Shown here piece by piece: positions 7,031 through 12,975 of a stretch of DNA of 12,975 bases. The notes under the pieces were generated by a model. That model did no database searches, was not told the origin of the DNA, and worked only from the letters and a program-made list of their open reading frames with translations. The translations under genes were made by a program, and so were the position numbers. The stretch comes from Candidatus Hydrogenedentota bacterium (lineage in GTDB: Bacteria; Hydrogenedentota; Hydrogenedentia; Hydrogenedentales; JAEUWI01). The stretch spans positions 1 through 12,975 of the forward strand of contig JAXMOL010000092.1 of assembly GCA_034669905.1 (NCBI GenBank). Reading direction: 5' to 3'. Each line of letters begins with the position of its first letter. Position 1 is the first letter of the stretch.

Positions 7031-10000
7031 ATGTGGGCATGGATTCAAGAGGCAATGGGAACGGGATACGACGGGCAGCTGCTGGCCCTGTTGGCCGATG
7101 GGGGTCTCAAGGGCATGGTGCTGATGGCCGTCGCCGGCCTTGCGGTCCTCACCATGCGACGAAGCACGGCGTCGGCACGCCATCTGGTGTATTTTCTGGC
7201 GCTGGTCGGACTGCTTGTCCTGCCCCTCGGCTCCCTATTCATCCCAAAGTGGCAGTTACCTCTCCTCCCCGCCGTGGAAGGCCCCCCCGTCGACCTTGCC
7301 ACGCCTCCACCCGCGTCGGACCCTTCCCTGTCGGATACCGAAGTGCGAGGGCCCGCTTCATTGCCTGTGACCGCCCCACCCATGCCTGCGCCGACGCTTT
7401 CCCAAGCAACCCCCATGTTCTCGGATGACACCGTCGGGACACTCTCGGGGACCGAAACACCTCCGCGCCCGCCCGAAGCCCGCCATCCTGGGTTGGCCTA
7501 CGGGCTCTTGGCCCTGTGGTTGACGGTCGCCTTTGCGCTGCTCTTTCCCCTGGTGGCCGGAATGATCGTCCTTCGGCGCATGGCCCGACAAAGCTCCGAC
7601 TTTTCCAGCGAGGCCTTGCCCAAGCTCACCCAAGACCTGGCCCAATCCCTCGGCCTCCGCCATCCCGTACGTCTCCTTCGCGCACCGGCCGACACCATGC
7701 CCATGGCAGCGGGACTCTTCCGTGCGGTCGTATTCCTCCCCGCCGACGCGGAAAACTGGAGTGATGAGAAACGCGGCGCCGTCCTGCTCCACGAACTCGC
7801 CCACGTCAAACGGCGCGATTGCCTCACCCACGCCCTGGCCCATCTGGCGGTGTCCCTCCACTGGTTCAACCCCCTCGCCTGGCTGGCCCTGCGCCAACTC
7901 CGCATCGAGCGGGAACACGCCTGCGACGACCTCGTCCTCGCGGCAGGGCAACACCCCACGGAATATGCGGAAGTCCTCCTCGACGTGGCCCGAAGTCTCC
8001 GCGCCGGCACGCTGACTTCCGCCGCCGCCATTACCATGGCCAAGAAAAGTCATCTGGAGGGGCGCTTGCTGGCGGTGCTGGACGAAGCCCGCAAACGCAC
8101 GCAGCTAACCCGACGAAATGTCGTGGGGTTTGTGCTCGTCGGGACCGTGCTGACGGCGGCGCTCGCCACGCTTCATATCACCCGAGCGAAATCGACCGTG
8201 GTGGTGGACCGTCTCACCTTTTCCTCCGGCGTCGAGGTAACGTTGCTGGGCGTGGGCATCTCTCGGGATGACGACGCTCGGCCGTGGAAACCGGACGGAA
8301 CACCGCTTGAGGCACTTCCCGAAGGGCTCTCGGAACCGGACTCTTCAGTCGCCGCCGCCAACGGGCAGGTCTACCGGCAGCTGTACCAACGGACAACGAC
8401 GCCCGAGAACCTACCGGAATCGGTCGCCCTACGTAGTGACGATTACAGCACACGCTTTCTACCCGCCGGGATCAGCTCTGTCATGTCTGGTGGAATCAAG
8501 GTAGATGAAAAGGAAACCCGTTTCGATATTGAAGTCGGCGTCGCTGCGGGTCTGTGGGAACCCCTCGCGAAGACTCAGCTTGAAAACGGCACCCAAGGCA
8601 TTCGAGACGGCGTCACCTACGACATTCTGGTAGGCAAGCCCTTTAAACGGGATGATGACTACCTGTTCACGCTCACCCACAACGTGACGGAACTCGACAA
8701 GCGCGTCGTTGTCTACGATACCGCCGGGGAAATGCACTATTCCCCGGCGACCGGAACGGCTCCTGGTATCAATGGCACCAACCAGGGCGAGTACTCACTG
8801 GGCGAGGTCGTGCCGGAGGAGGTGCGCTTTGTGGAACTTCAGGTGCGCGAATTTGAGTGGCTCAGATTCCGAAACATCGCCGTGAATCCTGAGGCAACGC
8901 CCCCCCCGTCCGATGACGCGGAAGAGGCCCCAGCGCCCCAGTACCCATCCACACCCGAGGAGTCACAATACACCGCAACCTTCTCGCCCGACCTTCAAGC
9001 CCACATCGCCGGTGTGGGACAACCGGACGGGTACACGGTCTCCAGCGTATGGGCCCCGGACGGTACACCGTTATCGGGAGTGCCCGAGGGGTACGCGACT
9101 AAGATGGGCGGTTCTTCATCCGACAAATCCGGCGTAAAGCGACGATTCTTCATCGAAGTCTCCCCCGTCCCCGAAGAAAACGACTTGGGTATCAAGTTCA
9201 AGGTTGAAGGAAACTCCGTCGCCCATAATGTCCGCAAGTCGCGCGATAAGGCATTCATCAGCGCGGAAATCTACAACCTTCCCGACGCACAGGATAAGAC
9301 TTCCTTCGAACTTGGTATCGCGTTTGGCCCTTGGGAAAGCCTATACGGCACCTTGGGACCCCACAGCAGTTCGGATGGAAGCGAATCTGGCGCGGCCTTC
9401 AGCGATTTCTTCGAAAAAGAGGGTACGACTCATGTCGTTGTAACCCACACCCCTCGGGAAGATGACTTCCGGTTGGTGGTTTTTGATAGGAACGATACCG
9501 CCTACGCATCGCGGATTGTCTCCTCTTTCGGCGTGGGCGGCATGCATCAAACGGAATTCGTCGTCGAGGGGGATATACCTTCAAGCGAACTCGTCTATAT
9601 GGACTTCCAGGCGAGGCCATTCGAGTGGCGGACTTTCTCCAACATCGCGATACACCCAGACGATAGCGACGCTACAGGCTCCGTAGACAACCCGACTGCA
9701 GCCACCCCGCCGGTCGAGACAGTCCCTTCAAGGCCCGTGGACAAGATTCCCTACTCTCCTGGTTATGAAACGGCTTCAGCGTCGGACACCGAAGGACGCG
9801 TCCAGATTGGCGGGGGAGATTTTGGAGTATCCAAAATACGCCGAATGGATGGGCCAAATGCCCTGAAAGCCCTTGAATTCCCCATGTTTCCCGACGACAT
9901 GCTCCACGCTGCGCGCTTTCCAGAATTGGCTGAGGGTGACTGGGATTGCCTCCTAATAAATGTCGCCGACAATGGCAGCCATGGCAACAAGTTAATGAAA

Positions 10001-12892
10001 TATTTTGATGTCGTACAGTTCCGTGTCTTCGACCACAGTACGCGAAAACTCTTGTGGGATAGTGACTGGCGCTACAACGAAAACCCCAAGTTCACCAGCG
10101 GCTCCCTAACAGGTCAAGACATCCCCGTTTTCGTCGCAAGACGGGACCAGAAATGGCCCGACACTATCGATCTCTGGTTCCGGGTTGACCTGCTGAACAA
10201 CGGAAAAAACACCCACCAAATGCTTTCGGTCGAACCCAACTACTCCATAGCCGGCGGCGACACCGGCAGGGTACAAATTGACGAAATCCGCGCTGGCACC
10301 TGGAACCACAGTTACAGTGAATCGGGCGGTGACGAAGTGACCTGGATTGAGCAAAGCACCGGCTCGGAGGCGTCCGAATGCAGCGTCGTGCTGCGACGTA
10401 CCGGCAATTGGACCGATGGCAGGGTCAATGTCCGAGCGTTGGATGCAACAGGAAACGAATACTGGCCCCAGTCCACCCACTTCCTGGACTTTGAACGCGC
10501 CCCATTGCAAGTCGTTACCTTCCCCCTTGCGGCAGACCGGGTGCACCAACTGAAATTCGCACGCCTCGAAAACCAGGAAGATTTCCGTAAGACGTTCTTC
10601 TTTGACGGGATAAACTTGCCACCGGTGCCTGCCCCTCCGGCCACAAACATCAAAGAGACCGAGCCCTTCCCTCCGCCGACGCTAACCCTGTCCGCCCACG
10701 AATTCCAACTGACGGGAACGCCGGTCACGCTACGCCTCGATAACGGCGCGGAGAAATTCGATTCCTTCACTTCGAAAATTACCATTCGTTGCGATGGCGA
10801 AGAGCTTCCCTGGTTTTCCACGGAGGAGTCCGGTGTCAAGATGAAGGTTGGCGCCAATTTTTCCGTGTCGCCGCGCCACCCCTTGGAAGGCTTGGCCGCC
10901 GGAAAACACCGCGTATCCGTCCTGTTGCACGACGTTGAGCTGCGGCCACGCTCGGGTGCTGATCGGGAGGCCGCCGCCGTCTACCCCATCCTCGAGACCA
11001 ATGAAGTCGAATTCGAGGTACTCCCAGAAATCCCGGCGGACTATTTTGAACCCACGATGGAGGACGGCTGGAAATCCATGCTGGACAACTCCATTGCGGA
11101 CCCACGCGTTCTAGACCACGATGGCAACCCCGTTGTTCTCTTCCTCGACTGGCACATTGATGAGGGTTTCGAGCGGCCCTTCGCCCTGGCCTTCGACATC
11201 GCCATGGAAGAGCAGACTTCGGGAAGCACCTATCCCATGGGGCGCTTGTCGGACGAACTCCGAACGAGTTTCTTTCAACCACGCCAGCACATCCCGCTCA
11301 CTATGGATAATGATGACGCCCGAGACCTCTTCCGCAACTGGTACGGCAAACAGGTTCGACTGGTCATGACGCCCTCTTCCGACGCTGCGTTGGAAGACCC
11401 CGCAATTCGCAGCTACTACGGCGAGGCTTATAGGACTGATTGGATCGTCCTGAAACCAGAGTTGACATGGTCCCTTGAGAGAAGCCTTACCCCCTACGGT
11501 GTGGACGGTGTCGTGCGATATGGAAATAGGGAGACCCACTTCGGTGTGGAGGGTGTACATCGATATGGCGATACGGAACAGACAATTCTTATCGAGGATT
11601 GGGGCCTTACCTGCAAGGCGATTGTCGATGGGGGCGCGGTCGTGCTTGATGCCGAGAGCGAAACGCGCATCCTATCCCTCAAGGACATCGTACTGCCGGG
11701 TGCCGCCCTCGACTATGTCCAACAACACCTCAAGGAGCTGAACGAGAGCGAGGTGCGGGTGATTGCGGTCGAGCCCGGTGCCTTGAACTATATTGGGGTG
11801 CGCGCGCCGAGTGGCGAGGCTTGGATCCTCCTGTTGGACACGAACCGCTTCGGTGAGCGCGAAATCTATCGGTGGCAGGTGCCCCTGCCCGAATCGCCGG
11901 ATACGAACACGATGTCAACGGCACAGGCCATCGCGGCACAGATCGGGGATGAGAGTGAAGCGACGGAACGCGGCGTACTTCTGTTTGACCGAGACAGAGA
12001 CGGGAAAGTCCAGCAAATTCTCGATGCCGTGGCAAGCGAACGTATCGAGGACTCCATACGCATGCTCCGCAAGGAAGCGTTTTCCCCACTGTTCTGGCTC
12101 TTCACCGAAACCCATAAGCCTGCGGAACAAGTACGATCTCAGGAATACATGTTGCACCAACCGCGCGTGGCCAAAATCATGGGGGCGGCCCTCGAGGGTG
12201 ACGAGACGATGCGAAAATTGATAATGGCTACGTCGCTCGCTGAACTTACCGTCTACGTGGGGGAGCGCCAACGTGCGCTGGAGGGTGAAGGGACTGCCAG
12301 CGTGTTGAACGGCGGCGAGGCCTTTCCCACGATCCTCGCCGAGGTAGACCGTACAGGCGACTCACTTCCCACGTTGCTTCATTGGTATTCCCTGGCGCGC
12401 ACTGAAGCGGAGATAACCACGACAAACATGATATCTATGGGGATGATGGACCATACGACAACAAGTTCGCGAATGACCTATATGGAGCACATCGCTTCCG
12501 CAGCGTACAAAATACTGGAAAGGCTTTCGATTCTCGACAAGTCGAACGCTCCATTCCCTATCGTGAGCGATGAAGCAACACCATTTCGGCCACAAGAGCG
12601 CATTGCCCGAGGTAATGTTTCAAAAATGGAAGGGTACGAACTGGGCCCAAAACTACATACTTCGGAAGCGGACGGGGTGATGGAACAACTGCGGGGCTAT
12701 CTTGAAGCACTGCCAACGACGCCGCCGGAGCTCTTGGAGGCATTGCTTTTAAATGACCGCAGACTAAGCGAGACCGTCGAAACACGTAATAAATTGAGAC
12801 CAATCGCGTGGGGCGAAGTAGTAAATGGTCTCCAGGCCGCCCTGCGCCTAGAAGTGGACCCCATTGTTTGGACACGTGATCGTGTTTCTTAA
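7031..12892 (+). CDS. BlaR1-like M56 family membrane metallopeptidase/signal transducer with a very large modular C-terminal region (1953 aa)
   Basis: N-terminal TM segments, RRSTASARHLVY, PMAAGLFRAVVFLP, zinc motif HELAHVKRRD (7790-7804), HWFNPLAW, EREHACDD, LEGRL, then a TM helix near 8120-8180. Starts 2 nt after the repressor stop, with a G-rich RBS at about 7014-7022. Confidence 0.95.
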   Translation: MWAWIQEAMGTGYDGQLLALLADGGLKGMVLMAVAGLAVLTMRRSTASARHLVYFLALVGLLVLPLGSLFIPKWQLPLLPAVEGPPVDLATPPPASDPSLSDTEVRGPASLPVTAPPMPAPTLSQATPMFSDDTVGTLSGTETPPRPPEARHPGLAYGLLALWLTVAFALLFPLVAGMIVLRRMARQSSDFSSEALPKLTQDLAQSLGLRHPVRLLRAPADTMPMAAGLFRAVVFLPADAENWSDEKRGAVLLHELAHVKRRDCLTHALAHLAVSLHWFNPLAWLALRQLRIEREHACDDLVLAAGQHPTEYAEVLLDVARSLRAGTLTSAAAITMAKKSHLEGRLLAVLDEARKRTQLTRRNVVGFVLVGTVLTAALATLHITRAKSTVVVDRLTFSSGVEVTLLGVGISRDDDARPWKPDGTPLEALPEGLSEPDSSVAAANGQVYRQLYQRTTTPENLPESVALRSDDYSTRFLPAGISSVMSGGIKVDEKETRFDIEVGVAAGLWEPLAKTQLENGTQGIRDGVTYDILVGKPFKRDDDYLFTLTHNVTELDKRVVVYDTAGEMHYSPATGTAPGINGTNQGEYSLGEVVPEEVRFVELQVREFEWLRFRNIAVNPEATPPPSDDAEEAPAPQYPSTPEESQYTATFSPDLQAHIAGVGQPDGYTVSSVWAPDGTPLSGVPEGYATKMGGSSSDKSGVKRRFFIEVSPVPEENDLGIKFKVEGNSVAHNVRKSRDKAFISAEIYNLPDAQDKTSFELGIAFGPWESLYGTLGPHSSSDGSESGAAFSDFFEKEGTTHVVVTHTPREDDFRLVVFDRNDTAYASRIVSSFGVGGMHQTEFVVEGDIPSSELVYMDFQARPFEWRTFSNIAIHPDDSDATGSVDNPTAATPPVETVPSRPVDKIPYSPGYETASASDTEGRVQIGGGDFGVSKIRRMDGPNALKALEFPMFPDDMLHAARFPELAEGDWDCLLINVADNGSHGNKLMKYFDVVQFRVFDHSTRKLLWDSDWRYNENPKFTSGSLTGQDIPVFVARRDQKWPDTIDLWFRVDLLNNGKNTHQMLSVEPNYSIAGGDTGRVQIDEIRAGTWNHSYSESGGDEVTWIEQSTGSEASECSVVLRRTGNWTDGRVNVRALDATGNEYWPQSTHFLDFERAPLQVVTFPLAADRVHQLKFARLENQEDFRKTFFFDGINLPPVPAPPATNIKETEPFPPPTLTLSAHEFQLTGTPVTLRLDNGAEKFDSFTSKITIRCDGEELPWFSTEESGVKMKVGANFSVSPRHPLEGLAAGKHRVSVLLHDVELRPRSGADREAAAVYPILETNEVEFEVLPEIPADYFEPTMEDGWKSMLDNSIADPRVLDHDGNPVVLFLDWHIDEGFERPFALAFDIAMEEQTSGSTYPMGRLSDELRTSFFQPRQHIPLTMDNDDARDLFRNWYGKQVRLVMTPSSDAALEDPAIRSYYGEAYRTDWIVLKPELTWSLERSLTPYGVDGVVRYGNRETHFGVEGVHRYGDTEQTILIEDWGLTCKAIVDGGAVVLDAESETRILSLKDIVLPGAALDYVQQHLKELNESEVRVIAVEPGALNYIGVRAPSGEAWILLLDTNRFGEREIYRWQVPLPESPDTNTMSTAQAIAAQIGDESEATERGVLLFDRDRDGKVQQILDAVASERIEDSIRMLRKEAFSPLFWLFTETHKPAEQVRSQEYMLHQPRVAKIMGAALEGDETMRKLIMATSLAELTVYVGERQRALEGEGTASVLNGGEAFPTILAEVDRTGDSLPTLLHWYSLARTEAEITTTNMISMGMMDHTTTSSRMTYMEHIASAAYKILERLSILDKSNAPFPIVSDEATPFRPQERIARGNVSKMEGYELGPKLHTSEADGVMEQLRGYLEALPTTPPELLEALLLNDRRLSETVETRNKLRPIAWGEVVNGLQAALRLEVDPIVWTRDRVS
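8207..9658 (+). repeat. Two tandem copies of an approximately 230-aa domain within the M56 protein (8207-8890 and 8969-9658)
   Basis: Collinear shared motifs: TFS, GVG, W.PDGTPL...PEG, G.A.G.WE.L, TH, R.VV.D, Q.R.FEW..F.NIA..P. Confidence 0.9.
11495..11584 (+). repeat. Degenerate 45-bp (15-aa) tandem duplication within the M56 protein
   Basis: YGVDGVVRYGNRETH / FGVEGVHRYGDTEQT; 29 of the first 39 nt are identical. Confidence 0.8.
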
Positions 12893-12975
12893 GTGTATCC
12901 GCTTTGGGGTTATGCCGATGCCTTTGCTTCGGCGCTGATTGATTGGTAGTAGAAAGTATCTGGAGTCATCTTTTC

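Noticed and set aside
7033..12875. Numerous alternative-frame and antisense ORFs inside the M56 gene
   Set aside because: Expected shadows in GC-rich coding DNA; none has recognisable motifs.
6639..12892. Bona fide blaI/blaR1 beta-lactam resistance locus
   Set aside because: No recognisable penicillin-binding sensor domain and no beta-lactamase or PBP gene in the window, so gene symbols were withheld.
12914..12933. Intrinsic terminator after the M56 gene (GCCGA-T-GC-CTTT-GC-T-TCGGC)
   Set aside because: The stem has an internal mismatch and there is no following U-tract; too weak to call.

Overview
GC-rich bacterial DNA with two divergent modules. On the minus strand are two tandem paralogous secreted surface proteins: gene A (<1..2572, runs off the left edge and is absent from the ORF track) and gene B (3338..6082). 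Each has a signal peptide, a diverged N-terminal domain, a Gly-rich beta-repeat stalk resembling T5SS/PEP-CTERM-associated repeats, and an acidic (Gly-Glu)n linker (n=19 and 14). Gene B then ends in a Cys-spacer-GD-hydrophobic-basic tail that looks like a C-terminal sorting/anchoring signal; gene A matches it up to the window edge. On the plus strand is a BlaI/MecI/CopY-family repressor followed 2 nt later by a 1953-aa BlaR1-like M56 metallopeptidase. Its very large modular extracytoplasmic region has no recognisable beta-lactam sensor domain. The repressor promoter is readable (TTGACA-17-TATGCT) and carries two TGCTA-N6-TAGCA palindromes 40 bp apart. The A/B spacer holds a nested repeat/hairpin element. 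The (GE)n plus GDxLL tail style suggests Candidatus Hydrogenedentes, from recollection only. All calls were made by eye; no searches were run.
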